DNA of 64,000 nucleotides, taken from positions 26,660,001-26,724,000 of the forward strand of contig CM060732.1 of the NCBI GenBank assembly GCA_030704615.1. Reading direction: 5' to 3'. Position 1 is the first letter of the stretch, and each line of letters begins with the position of its first letter. This DNA comes from Takakia lepidozioides. Its lineage: Eukaryota; Plantae; Bryophyta. The position numbers and the translations under genes were made by a program. Shown in pieces: positions 10,200 to 23,269 of the stretch. The notes beneath the pieces are model-generated. The model saw only the letters and a program-made list of their open reading frames with translations. It ran no database searches and had not been told where the DNA came from.

Positions 10200-10600
10200 G
10201 AGTATGCCTTTCAAATCACCCCCGCCCAACTCCCATTATACCGACGGCTCCCTCAATGGCTCTAAAGCCGGAACCGCGTTTATCATGCTGCTACTAAGCA
10301 AGGCGTGGCCCTTAGACTCCCCGATCCAACCACCATACTACATACAGAGCTTATGGCCATTTTTGAACTGGCTTCATTCTCTCCCCCACACTATATTTTT
10401 ACAGATAGCCTTACCTCACTCGTTCTTATCCGAAACCACCTCTCTCGTCCATCCAACCACCTCCATCACCCGGATCGTAACCCATCACAGCCATTGTCAA
10501 CCTTGCTATCTCCGTGGACCACACCGTCCATGTTATCAAAGTTCATTCACACACCGGTATAAGCGGCAATGATGCGGCAGACCTCCTCACCTAGGCAGCG
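10200..10600 (+). mobile_element. Non-LTR (LINE)-type RNase HI fragment, frameshifted
   Basis: YTDGS...GTAF, HTELMAI, IFTDSL, KVHSHTGISGNDAADLL are spread across frames and give the D-E-D-D RNase H motifs. Confidence 0.7.
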
Positions 10601-10824
10601 TGTGCTTCCAAACCCCCAGTTGATCCCACGAACGATCCCATTCACATCGCACATGCCCACCCATTCTGGCTAACACACCCCGTGCCGGGGCCCCCTATTC
10701 AACTCGACCGATACGTAATCTGATTGATGTTTGGGAGCATAAGAGTATGGATGAGATCGTCTGGATAGATGAACACAATGCACATGTTAGTTTGTGGTGG
10801 TTGGAAAGTGGGCACTCTGTAAGT

Positions 10825-11618
10825 GAGGGCCGGTTTACACAAGGGCCCGGGCCCAATAAATCATGGGCCCAAGACTAGAGCTTTTGGGCCCACAGTCGGG
10901 TTGAATGAACTGATTAAGATATAATTCTCAAGGAATTGGGCCCTCCTCGTGTAGACCTATTAGGCCCAAGCCTAAGGCCCAACCTACACCAATATCAGGC
11001 ACTCTCCCCCTTCTTCCATTCTCTGACTTCTACGTTTCACGTTGTCTCCTATCAAATCGTGTATCCCTGAACTATGGAAGCAAGAAGGCATACTCTTCTT
11101 GTGGCCTTGGTCCTCTTCATGGCCTTCACGCGCGTGATTACAACCATTTGGCATTGCATCAACTTATAAACGAGCAATTTGCTGGATTGTTGATGATGAT
11201 TATCTTCATCACGGAAGGAGGAGGTCCAAGAGATAGAGAGGCCTAATGATTCTACGAGCAGAACCTGAGTGCTTGCCGCGACGAGATGGTTGTCGAGAGT
11301 CTCTAGTCTCTACCTGCGTACAATCCCATCTATGACCTGTTTCAACCCTACGGCTGCAATAGGCTTAGAAAAATATATCTTAATGGTAGGTTTCTTGGGC
11401 CCAAGGGCAAGAGTTGGGTCTCCATCCCCGGAGCATTCATTTTGTTGGGCTGGGCCCAAGAGTTTGGCGCCATAAATCATGCCATGTAGGTAGCTATGTC
11501 ATTTTCTTGGTCTTGTGCCTGGACCCTCGTGTAAACCGCTTGGGCCCGATTTGAGGCTCTTAACCAATAAGATCTCTTGCTTCTAGCTTGGTCTGGCCCC
11601 TTGTGTGAACCGGCCCTG
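10825..11618. mobile_element. Non-autonomous TIR element (hAT-like MITE)
   Basis: AGGGCCGGTTTACACAAGGGCC at 10826 is inverted against GGCCCCTTGTGTGAACCGGCCCT ending at 11617. Many internal GGGCCC motifs. TSD is not clean. Confidence 0.6.
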
Positions 11619-12443
11619 AGTAAAGTTTTTTGATCAGGTGGATGAATGCTAAATAAATACGGTTTGGGCTAATGTAATGCATATGGATGCTTGTCATGTC
11701 ATGTGGGGAAGGAATTGTGTAATTTGCTTGAAAATAGATCAAAACATGAGCATTGTAAAGTTTGTTTGGAAGTAGGACCAAAGTATAAGCGATGCACCTC
11801 ATTGAGTTGAAGGTAACTTAGCACCCAAATATGAGCAGTGTACATCTGTCGAATTACCCCTACCCACACCCCTTTCTGCCCCATCCCATTCGTCCAACCC
11901 TCCATCTCTTTTGGACCTTCCAAAGAATCTCTCGTAAATGAAACTGCTCTACATACATTAGCGCACCAATCTCCCTACTAGCCCCGCTTTCGGTCCTCAA
12001 CACCGTTAAGTAACGCGCAAGATAAACCGACGCTACACTGCTCCCTCTCCGCTCTCCCCCAAACCCTAATAACGGAGGTCTCATCAGAGTACATCTCCGC
12101 TACACAAGACCCACGGCTTCGATGGCTCCAACGATCAATCCGCGATACTCTGCTATCCCATCCAGAGTTCAAATCTCCAGAGCGTAACAAAAACAGAAGA
12201 CAGAGAGGGCCAACGTGCGCACCAAGGTGCTCCAGGGTTTTCTTCGTACAAGTCGTCCTCTCCGCTGCTGCCTTGTTGTTGCTCCGTTGTACCCTGGACT
12301 GGGCCGAGGAACGACGATATTGATCCTTGCTGCTGCTTGCACTCTAGGTGCTGCGGAAAATGCTCATGGATGCGTCTTGATCTGCAATTCTGCGATCGTA
12401 TCCCGGCAGCATTGTGCGGGAGGTGAAGGAGGGAAGTCCAGCC

Positions 12444-15400
12444 ATGTTCACCAGTAGCAAGCTGAAGTCTATTGACTTTTACAGGTGGCTGACTCCTCTC
12501 ATATCCTTCCCGGTTTTCCTTGGAAAATATATCGTCGGTCAATCCTTCTGCTCTTTTAACTTCTCAATTGTATGCACACACACAGGCACAAGCACAGAAG
12601 ATGGTTTTCTGGGAGTAAAATTGTGCAATTATGGAGATAGTTAAGTCAACTGGATCAGAGAATTGACGCAAGTATCAGACAGACTACAGGGGTAGCAAGA
12701 GGTGGTCCAGTTGCTGAATGCACATTCAACGGATGCCGTTGTTGTCAGCATTGTGAAGGATTATGTCATTGTCGCTCCTTAGATTACTCACCTTTCCCCG
12801 ATCTTGTAGCACGTTGTCGCCATTTTTATAGCTCGGCTGCCCCTCTTATGTATACATCTCTAAGGTAGCTGTTAAAATGAGGAGCCAGGCTTGGTTGACG
12901 TGTCAGTCACGCATAATCTATCAGGGTATCCGCAATCAAAGTGTTGATGATGCGCACACATCACATCCATCTGGCCCCTGTGATTTTATGTCTAAACCTC
13001 TTCCTCCCATGCATTCAGTAGAATGCCCCAGCACTGTAGACGACTTTCTGAATGGCGTTTCTTGGGCGATGGAAGGCCCCCTAGTTTTCTTACTTGCAAT
13101 TTAGATTAACTTCCATGCATTCAGTAGAATGCCCCAGCACTGTAGACGACTTTCTGAATGGCGGTTCTTGGGCGATGGAAGGCCCCCTAGTTTTCTTACT
13201 TGCAATTTAGATTAACTTTCTTGGAAGCAGTCTGAAACCAACATCTTTGAAGATTTTGAGGCTACTGTTGGGGAAGAGCGACATGGTGCTTTTTCAGTGT
13301 CTCTGCTGTGCACTTACTGTTCTAATGGTCCAGAAACCCATCATCTGTTCCACAGCCTATACTTCATAGCAGACAATTGTGAGCCAGAGTGATGAAATGT
13401 GAGGCAAGTGGCTGAAACAGCTGTTCAATTAGCTGTGCCTTGTTCAATCCTGGTTGAAACCATGCGTGACGAGGAATGGTCCCCTAAAAATTTTCCAGCT
13501 CTCACCTTTACCAATGTGGCACAGAGTTGATGAGGGGAATTGAATTGTCAGTGGACCATGTTTCAGTGAGGCTCAATTGTGCATTTTGTTACCAACATTG
13601 AGTAGCATGCAAAATGGGTGATTTTACACCCTTCGACAATAACTCTGCATACAACCTGAAGTTTCTACTTAGTGGTTTCATTACCACATGTAAGATGAAT
13701 CGTAACTCAGTGGGAACAGGTGTCAGAGTGGCTATCTTGTATTTTTCTGGCATATTGCAGACGTATGAGGTACAAACAAAATATGACAGTTGACGAGTAC
13801 AAGGGCAGAAAATGCATAATAGAAATTTTCTGGACATTTGGCTACTGATGACCTTCAAAAAGTTAGAGTTACTTCTCCATTGTTGTCTAGCTTTAAATAA
13901 GCCAAGTCTATCCTGGAGGACCATTTGCCCATCAGAAGGGTACTGAGCTGTAAAGATCTGTCGCATCCAACATGGTGGATGAGCATTGGGTTCCTCTCTC
14001 TGCATAAACGGGGCTCCCCAACAGACCGTATCTTTGACCTATTTACAGTCGACCTCTACGAATCTTGAATCGCCCTTGCCTTACTTGTACGCCTTGTAAG
14101 TCCTTGGAGTTGGACATCGCATTCAAGTGTGAGGGGGTTGGGATCAATGCAGGAAAATACCAAGGGATCTGACAGAGGCATCGCTTTCAGGAGCGGGCCT
14201 GTCAATTATTGCAGCACTATGGATGGTTTTTCTCTTTGGAATGGTATCTTTCTGTCTCTCTCTGTACCTTCCACCTCCCGGCTTACTAGTCTTTTCTCAA
14301 CTAGTTTGATTTGAATGCATGTCTAATCTTCAAATGAAACATATGAGCAGTTGCTTGGGAACCTTCATCTTCTTGCAGTAATGACGATAGGGGTTGGGTG
14401 ATGAAGGGCTGCAATTTGTGTGTTCTGTTGAGATCACCATGAGAACTTACGATGGGAACCTTTCGGATTGATAGAAAGTAGGAGGTCCTGCCTGTCCTGC
14501 CTGTCCTGTCTGTCCTGTCGCGGGTGTACACCCCGCGACACTCATATAGTCAGGGCTGATGAACTTATATGTTTTTCAAATCTTCCAGTGATAGTCGGTA
14601 TGTTGGAAGATCGTTGTGACACAACTAAACCACGTAGACTTCTAGCAGTCATAAATACATCAACCACAAACTTCGGGACAGGACCCTGGAGCTGATGACG
14701 AAGGGGAGACTGTCCAAGGAAGAAACTGGAGATGGTTCGAGCACACTAGAGTTATTGTGTCCATTTCATAGGAATTGGCAAGACGACTCAACATTCCAAA
14801 ATCAGAAAAGTCGGGTGATAAATTAATAGTATTAGTAGGGATATGGTGACTGATTATGACTGCATTCTTAGAGGCAGATTTGTGCTCCTCTGTGATGTTG
14901 ACTGCCCCGACCAAGGCATAGGGACATTTGCAGAGGGACATCCCTAATCTTCCTCTCACATGAAATTTGCAGGAGCTCAACAGTTATTTGAATGTTGCAA
15001 CAACGACTAGTGTGGTTGTTGACAGGAGTCGTGATGGGGAGTATCTGCGCATTGATTTCAACATAAGGTATGTAGATAGGTTATCCATCTCCATTTGTTT
15101 GTTTCACCAGGTGTCCTAGAAACAGCTGGCAGCATGTGGTCCACTGCCACTCCAGGAACCACTTTTTGGGACAATGCTTGAACTACTGAGCTCTGATTGG
15201 ATTATCTTGGCATGCAGCATAAATTCTCACGTAATGTGTTCTGCAATCATTATGGATCATGTCCATTGTGTTGAGACATGTGGTGTGTGTACATGGTCAT
15301 ACCTTCTGTGTGAAGCTCTCTGCGACTATGTTTTCTTTGTCCAGCATGTCATTAAGCAGTGGGGTCTCGAGCACAAGCAATATTCTATTGAATAATCAGA

Positions 15401-18400
15401 GAGAACTTGATGGACTCATAGATTGTGCAAGAGTGCTGACAACCAAGTGGCAGCCTTCTTTGCAGCATTGTTGCACGGTCTCAGCATGAGTAGTATATTT
15501 TCTTTCTTTGTTGGTGAAGCCTATGAGCCTACGGGGGGGTGCGTGTCTGAGTGCAGCTTTCCAGCATTGTCTTGCGAGTTCGCATCAGTCGATGTGAGCG
15601 ATGTTTTAGGCACAGTAAGTCTCTCCTGCACTGTTACTCACTGGCTTCTCTTTCATCTCCTCTTTATTATGTATCTCACTAGACCTTGTTTAATTCACAC
15701 AGAAACTGTAAGGAAGTGGTCATCACATTAAAAGATGCAGTTTGCTTACCTCCAAGTTAGAAACTATCCTCCTATTCTCCTATGGGCAGGCAGTGTTACC
15801 TTCTCTGGTCACTGGTAACTCAACGCAACAGTAGTGTCATCTAGGCAAATGAGAAGGTTCCTTTGGCACAGCTCATTGGACACCTTTAGTATAATGCAGC
15901 CAGGGTGATTACTATCTGACTGCTTGTTTATTCCATCATGGAAATTTAACTAAGGCCACTTCATAACTTATGGCCTTTGTGTTCAAACTATGTGCAGCAT
16001 AGATTTAACCTTACAAAAACGGTACGCAAGTTTCCGATTGACCCAAATCTCAAACGGGCAGGACCCGAATTTCACCCAGGGCCCGTTCCAAACCTCAAGA
16101 GCCGTGGAGATGACTTCCATGATAAGGAGTTGGAACTTTTCGAGCATATTGGGGAGGGTGCTGCGGAAATCAACGGAAAGAACTTTGATCTATACGCACA
16201 TGAGTATGGCCTCTACATTCCTGAGGGCTGTTGTCGGTGTTATATTTGACTTAGTATCTCTCTCACTCTTCCTTGAATGTACACGCTTATCTTCATATGC
16301 CTTGTTTTTGGCTTGCAGATGTGAAGGCTGGGGAATGTCATATGGTCTTATTGTAGAAGCAGTTCCTATTTCTTAAGGATATTGTCTTTGAGAAAGTTGT
16401 AGGTGAAGAACAAGTGAGATGGAGGGAGAGGGAGGTGTTTTCCCCCAAATTTTCTCCAATCTAGATTGCTTCTGTAGTTCCCTGACAGATCCTCTATTCT
16501 AAGTCTATGGCGCTGATTGTGTACTAATTCTGCAGGTTTCCTGTTTTGGTGGTGAACTTTTATGCCCCCTGGTGCCCTTGGAGTAACCGCCTGGTGGGTC
16601 TCTGTACAGCAGTCATATGTACTATTGCTGACAACTACTGAAGGTTGTTAGAAATGTCGAAGTGTCCGAATTTGAAGTAATGGTGCTTTTTGCTAGTTTC
16701 CCTGATGATCAGAATCATTATACTATGTCTAGCTGTTCAGCACTGCAGAATGTGAGATGTCTGTGGTGTGGCTGACTATGACATTTGCAACACTCCCTTC
16801 TATTAGGAAGTTTTGTTGAATAACAAGTTAACTAGGCCTGGTCAGTTAGCAGAATCATCACTGCAAATGAGAGTGCCCATCTGTCCATTGAGGAATCCTG
16901 ACAGTGTGAAGATATACTCCCTCTTAGATATTTTACAGTGTCTTAAAAGTAGAGGAGAGGTCAACACGGACTCACTACAAACACTCCATTGAATGGCTGC
17001 AGAAACCTGCTTGGGAAATAGCAGCAAAAATCATGGCAGATAGGTGAGATCTTTTACACTACTTGTGAGCCCTTGTCCAGATCCACAAGAGATATTTATG
17101 TGTAGGGGTAGTGTGTGAATTCCAGCTGAAGGTCAGATCTGGTCTGTTGTGGAAGGTTGTGGTTTTGAAACTTATGGGTTTGCATTGCTCAGTGCAACTT
17201 TTCAGAAATGGTGGTGGTATTGTACAGATACAATCCAGAGACAGATGGAAGGATATTACTAGCTAAGGTTGACTGCACTCAAAACCAGGACCTCTGCCGA
17301 GGGTAAGTCATCCTCCCTGCTTGGCACTTGCTGGTGTGCAATTTCTCTCCCTCTCACATCAGACACTCACACACATGCTGCTTCTCCCCAAGTTCACGAG
17401 CTAAAGAAGGGTGGCAACTTGCAACTTCCACACTGCGTATAGGATGCTTTGTGAGGTGATTGTCTGTTCATGAAACATTTTGATCAAATACCACTCATTT
17501 ATCGATAAATTGCGGTTTAAAGGCCAAGAGCTGAAGATAATTAAAAGTGGACCAAATTGGAATAGTTCTGAAGGGCTTGGATGAAAGATGCCAACACCTA
17601 GGAGGTACTCTCTGTTCGATCAACAAACGGTCTTGTTAATGTGTCAGCAATCTTACTGGTGCTGCAGACACCACGTTCAAGGTTATCCATCTATTCGGAT
17701 CTTCCGCAAGGGTCATGATGTGAGGTACACAGATTCCCTTTTATATCTCTCCCCATCCTTGCGAGCTGTGGTTTTGTTCCGTACTTGAGTGAACACTATT
17801 TCTCTTGAGAGTGGACTGCAGATTGTTTTGTTGGGAGGAGGTTCTTTTAATCACACCCCTTTATATTTGTGAGGGGTCCTGGCATGCAGCATAATGATAT
17901 GAATATGCCATGTACAATTTTTGTTTAGGTGCAGGTTGATGAGTCATGTTTCCAATAGATTTCTTCTGTTCAATCAGGTTATATATCTCAGCGATTCAGA
18001 AGTGTATACACTAGGTTGCTCCATGTTGATTGGGGTTTTTAATTGAGGAATGAATTGAGATTTGGAAGTGAATGGTAGCAGTGCTAAACATACAGGATAT
18101 TTGTCATATCTCCATCAAATTCTCTTTAGTTGAGTTTATCTGTAGCTCATGAGGTGTGGAGGCATATGATGACTTCCATAAGATAGGGTATATAGGGAAA
18201 AATCTTCGATGCCTGCGTACTGGATGCTCGTATGTGCAAAGGTCACGGGCCAGGTCTTACTGCCACCAGGTGGAGACCACATGTTTTCAATGTGCTTTTT
18301 GGCCTGACATCATACATTCATGGATCAGAGTCATCTGTTCTAGAGAATCCTGTGGACTGATATCTGAAATTCTGCAACACACACACCAACATCCATTCAA

Positions 18401-21268
18401 ATGAAATATGTTATCCAATTCTGTCGTAGCACACATTGGCTCGCAGAATGAGCCTCTCTTGCATATCACTCTGGAAAAACACAGCGCCGTTTCTCTGACA
18501 TTTCTGTTCCCATGTTTGTCCTCAACCTGCCATCTATCTGTGTGCAATTTTTAAATGGCGGCATCGGGATACGTACATCAGGGGGTAAGATCTTCCCAAT
18601 CTATTTGGGCCTTGGTGTGTCAGATGTCGTGGCCTCTTCTGGCTGCTTGTCCAGTTTTCATGCCTGCTGTACATAATTGTTTTTCATTTGTAGCTCGTAA
18701 GAAGGTTTGGTTTACTTCATGTCTAGACTATTGAAGACTTTATGAAAAATTGATTGATCAGTGGATAGCTGTTCAGAGAGGAGCATGGACATCATGATCA
18801 TGAGTCTTACTATGGGGAGCGTGATGGCAAATCTTTGGTTGCGGTATGCTTGGCATTTCAATTGTCTCTGAAGTTCTTGGCTCTTTTTCAATACCTTCTT
18901 TCCTCCAGATATTGGGCACCATAATCCAACCCCGCTTCTCTCAAACCTATCTTTGTTTTTTAACCATCCTTTTTATCTCTTCTTTTGTTGTTACAGTTTA
19001 TGGAGACCCTTGTTCCTCCAGCTGTGGTGGAGGGGAGAATAGCCCTGGAGGACAAGTCTGACAAATCCAATGAAGCCAATTCAACCATCAAGCGACCTGC
19101 ACCTGGTGCTGGAGGGTGCAGGATTGAAGGGTTTGTGAGGGTGAAGAAGGTATGATGTGTGCCCTGTGAAGGAATCTCCCAAATCGTGCCCAAGGCCAAG
19201 TCGTAGGATGACAGCTGTATGATGAGGTCGGTTGAACAAGATTTGAACCTAACTTTTTGCATGAATGGGTTGGCAGGTCCCAGGGGAATTGATGGTGTCA
19301 GCTAATTCGGGAGCACACTCATTTGATGCCTCTAGGATGAACATGACCCACCATGTGACCCTATTCACTTTTGGGCGCAAACTCTCATGGCGGATGTTCA
19401 AAGAAGTGAACCGCCTCTTTCCTCAGTTAGACTCGGATGAAGATCGTCTGACTGGAGAAGTTTTCACTTCAGAGCACGAAAATATCACTGTGGGTGTTTG
19501 CTCACTTCATGTGGAACACTTATATAGCAAGTCACACCTTGGCTTCTTCTGTGATGTTTGAGCTTTTTGTTGGACCCTGTTGTGGTGACCTTGTTAGGTC
19601 GAGGCCCCCAAGCTGGTGATCAGGATCCCTCATATTTCTTAGTTACCAGAAAGAACAGCATTAAGTGAGAAAAACACAGAAACCTGTATTGCAGCCTTGC
19701 AAAACTTTGATCCTTACTACCTACACAGGATAACCTTACCCTGTCTGTGAACCTTACAGTTGCAAGGTTCTTTCCCACCAAGCAAGCAGTGCCTGGTGGG
19801 AAAGAACCTCAAGGTGAAGTCCCCGTATATTGCTAAAACAGTTTAACTAAAGCAGTTTAACGAATGTTGTCAATGCATAGGATAACTAAAGTGATGTTTG
19901 CATGACTGCTGAGCTTTGGTGGGACTCCAGCATGACCACTACTTGCAAGTTGTGAAGACGGAGGTGATATCTTTGCGGAGAAATAAGGATCTCAAGGTCC
20001 TAGAGCAGTATGACTACACTGCGCACAGCAACCAAATTCAGTCAGCAAATGTGCCTGTAATCAAGTTTCACTATGAGCTCTCTCCGATGCAGGTTTGTCT
20101 AAACACCTTTTCACTCAGACATCAGTCATCATGTTGGTACGACTAAGCAGAAGGTTGGAGCTATTTGGTTACTATTATGACACCTTCTGTCACAACATGC
20201 AGGTGTTAGTGAAGGAGAACCCAAGATCATTTTCTCATTTTCTCACAAATGTGTGTGCCATCATTGGTGGTGTTTTTACGGTACATCCCTTCACCTTCCA
20301 AATGTCCGCCACTGACTTGAGATGTCAAAAGCTATATGCACATGTGGGTGAAAAAGGTGTTGGGAAGGGGTGTGCACTTGAAAGAGAGAGAGATTGTACT
20401 CATAAGACGTTGTTTGCCGTAGCCTTGTGGCCATTGACCCCGCGCCCAGTTTGAGCGGGAAGAGAGAGAGAGAGAGAGAGAGAAGAAAGAAAGAAAGAGA
20501 ACTTTCTGATGTCATTAGGAGACCAGGAGGGTCGATGGGACAAGACAGGAAATAAAATCAATAACCACTTGCAAAGACATGAATTGTTACATGAAGTCGA
20601 AGTGCCTTAAGCAAGTAGGCTGGGAGGTACTTGGGATCTCAAAAAGAGGGCCTCTGCCAGAGATTGGGCGCTAGAGAGAGAAAGTACTCAAAAGACGTGC
20701 CGTAGCCTTGTGGCCCGTACCCAGTGTGGGTGGAACATGAGGGACCAGAGACTACCTTTGTGAGTGGCTCACTCCAGTGGGACTTACCTTTATAAACAAT
20801 TATTTGGGCCTTCCTGATTTCCTCTAGAAGCCATTCAGACATGCATCCATCTGCTCTCTGACGGTGTTTGCCGTAGCCTAGAGAGAGAATGTACTCACGA
20901 GATGTTATTTGCGGTGGCCTTGTTGCCCTTACCCTAGACATCGTGCCCAGTTTGGGCAGAACAAGAGGCTTAGAGAATGTACTCGTAAGACGCTGTTTGC
21001 CATAGCCTTGTGGCCATTGACCCCGCGCCCAGTTTGAGCGGAACACAAAGGGACAGAAACTACCTTTGTCAGGGGTTGATGCCAGTAGTATGACTTACAG
21101 AGGCTTAGAGAGAGAGACACAGAGAGGCAGACAGAGCTTTTGATCTTTTAGTGCTTGCTAATAAGGTATGCTGGCACAACTATGTTGCAGGTTGCTGGAA
21201 TTATGGATTCCATGTTTCACAATGCCCTCCGCATGGTGAAGAAAGTGGAACTTGGCAAACAGTATTGA
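12444..21268 (+). CDS. PDIL5-4: Protein disulfide isomerase-like 5-4 / ERGIC (Erv46-like)-thioredoxin hybrid, 15 exons
   Basis: Approximate exons: 12444-12484, 14153-14243, 14973-15067, 15557-15614, 15998-16203, 16536-16593, 17003-17043, 17228-17302, 17668-17724, 18777-18843, 18997-19149, 19277-19488, 19931-20092, 20203-20280, 21191-21268. They encode KLKSIDFYRKIPRDLTEASLSG, FPALSCEFASVDVSDVLG, VNFYAPWCPWS, HHDHESYYGERD, HFLTNVCAIIGGVFTVAG and KKVELGKQY*. Confidence 0.93.
13007..13218 (+). repeat. Tandem duplication, 2 x 106 bp, in PDIL5-4 intron 1
   Basis: CCATGCATTCAGTAGAATG...TTAGATTAACTT starts at 13007 and again at 13113, with one visible mismatch. Confidence 0.9.
20395..21041 (+). repeat. 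Dispersed ~64-bp repeats and a (GA)n tract in the last PDIL5-4 intron
   Basis: TGTACTC(A/G)TAAGACG..TGTTTGCC.TAGCCTTGTGGCCATTGACCCCGCGCCCAGTTTGAGCGG at 20395 and 20978, with partial copies near 20690 and 20865. Confidence 0.75.
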
Positions 21269-22599
21269 CAATCTATAATAATAGTACCCTCAACATCATC
21301 AGTACTCGTATGTACACCTCCTTCTATTAGTAGTTTCTTTTGTCACCCGTGAATAGTCAAACTCATCTGTCATTGTTGCATTCAATCATGGTGATTGGTC
21401 TTAGCGGACACCTCACTGTTTGCCTCCCCCATTTCCAACAGGCTACATTTTTTAGCCAGTTTGTCAGGCCTGCGGCTACTCTCCTCCAAACAGAGCTCTT
21501 ACTTCAGAGTGATCTGTGAGCGTTCTCTTTGTTACATGAATACGTGAGCTCTTACCTCCTTTGTGCAATTCAGTGCTATGGCTTCAAGTCACTGGTAGTG
21601 GACATTACATCATTTGTGAGGTTATGTTTGTAAGATATGTAGAAACACCTTTCGTGCTGTCATGTTGTGGAGTGGTTACCCTGCTGTTTTTCATTTGAAA
21701 TGCCCACATGGGAAAGTGCCTCATACCTGACTCACGAAGCAACATCTTGCAAAGTTTTGTAGATGCGTGACTTACTGAGGCTGCTGGGTTCGACATGATT
21801 TTGTCTGGAAGTGCACCCAACAGTTGGAGCCAGAACTAAGAGTACATTCATAAATTATTTAAGGTATGCAGGAGTAGATGCAACTGTACTCTTTTGGTGC
21901 ACCATCTTTACAGTCTGTCCTGGCTAAAGGTTAGCAATAGGGGAGTACACTAGACATAGGATGGTAGTTTAATGTCCGCTTGGGAGAATTACTGGTGCGG
22001 AGGGGAGGGGAAGACGGCTCTGGTGGGTCAAATCCCCACCAATGTCCTGCAGTGGCGGCCCCGCAGGTGGAGTATGGCAAGCATGCTGCTGGTGGCGGTG
22101 ACATTGAAAGAGAGACTGGGAAAGTATAACATTTCGACCCAACTATATAAGACTCCTTAAATAGCCTCATCCAAAAGAGGTATCTTGGTACAATGGATTG
22201 TGTTTATATGTATACGCTTTTGAAGATATTTTTTCAAAAATAGTTTCTTATTCTTTTGAGATTTGTTTTTAAAAAATAAAGGAAAGGGGACAGCTAACAG
22301 AGGCCACCGAGATTAAACCCCTTGCTAAGAATGAGATTTGTTTTTCAAAATATTGGATCGGCTATAGTTGGTCGACTAAGTGTGTAGTCAAAGCCTCATA
22401 AATATGTAGGATTCAAAATACACATGACTAAAAAATGGAGGACACTAGGAATAAGGTAAGAACTAAATGCACTGGTGCAATTTGCAGGATTCCAGCAGCC
22501 CGGGCTCCTCCAAAGGGGGGGAGAGGAGGGCTGTCAAATCCTCCCCAGCCCCTCTTACCTCAATTTCACTATTAAATACTTAAGAATGCTATGTTGTGG

Positions 22600-22668
22600 T
22601 GGGTAGCGTGTTGGTATGGTGATTCCACTGCAGGCGGCGAGATTTGGGTTCGATTCTTGATGGGAGGC
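22600..22668 (+). other. Degenerate tRNA-derived (SINE-head-like) sequence
   Basis: A-box-like TAGCGTGTTGG and B-box GGTTCGATTC at tRNA-like spacing. Stems are poor, so this is not a functional tRNA. Confidence 0.3.
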
Positions 22669-22915
22669 TATTGTAGTAGTGTAACCCGGGTATTGGTACC
22701 CGAAGTGCACAAGACCTACTACCCACCTATCGAACCGTCCCCCCCTCCTCTATCCTACAAATGCTTAAATCCTCTCATGCGGGTGATACTTGTACCACCG
22801 ACACTCTCCCTTGCGCCACAGCCCCCTCCCCCTCCTACACCTCACCACATACCCCGGTCCCTAATCATGACCCTGCTAACCCGCTAACCCCTCACCCCCT
22901 CATTCACACACTCAG

Positions 22916-23103
22916 ATCTCCCCCACCCTCTCCCCAACTTCTAACAGCACCGATGACGACCTAATCACCCCCCTCTCCCCCACCTAGTTCTCCCACTCCT
23001 CGTGCTACCCCTATCTCCCCCACCCTCTCCCCAACTTCTAACAGCACCGATGACAATCACCCCCTCTCCCCCACCTAGTTCTCCCACTCCTAGTGCTACC
23101 CCT
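22916..23103 (+). repeat. Two imperfect ~95-bp C-rich tandem copies (Pro/Ser/Thr-coding)
   Basis: ATCTCCCCCACCCTCTCCCCAACTTCTAACAGCACCGATGAC... at 22916 and 23013. Confidence 0.8.
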
Positions 23104-23118
23104 AGCAACCCCACCGCC

Positions 23119-23258
23119 TTCATCATTGAAGACATTCTTGAGGTCAGAACCCAGACATCAACAGACGCGTTTGGGGCTATATGCCTAGATACGTATTAAC
23201 TTTGCAAATGGGCCGGTTTTCCTCAGATGACAATACTTGGCAAATTGAGGACGACCTT
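23119..23258 (+). pseudogene. Chromodomain remnant, probably from a transposon
   Basis: FIIEDILEVR...TY*LCKWAGF, then a frameshift, then SDDNTWQIEDDL, matching the chromodomain pattern YLVKWxGF..xDNTWE. Confidence 0.65.
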
Positions 23259-23269
23259 TCGGGTCACAC

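Noticed and set aside
16536-16593. CPWS instead of CxxC in the thioredoxin domain
   Set aside because: CxxS variants are already known in this PDIL subfamily.
22600-22668. Functional tRNA gene
   Set aside because: The acceptor and D stems do not pair; at most a SINE-like relic.
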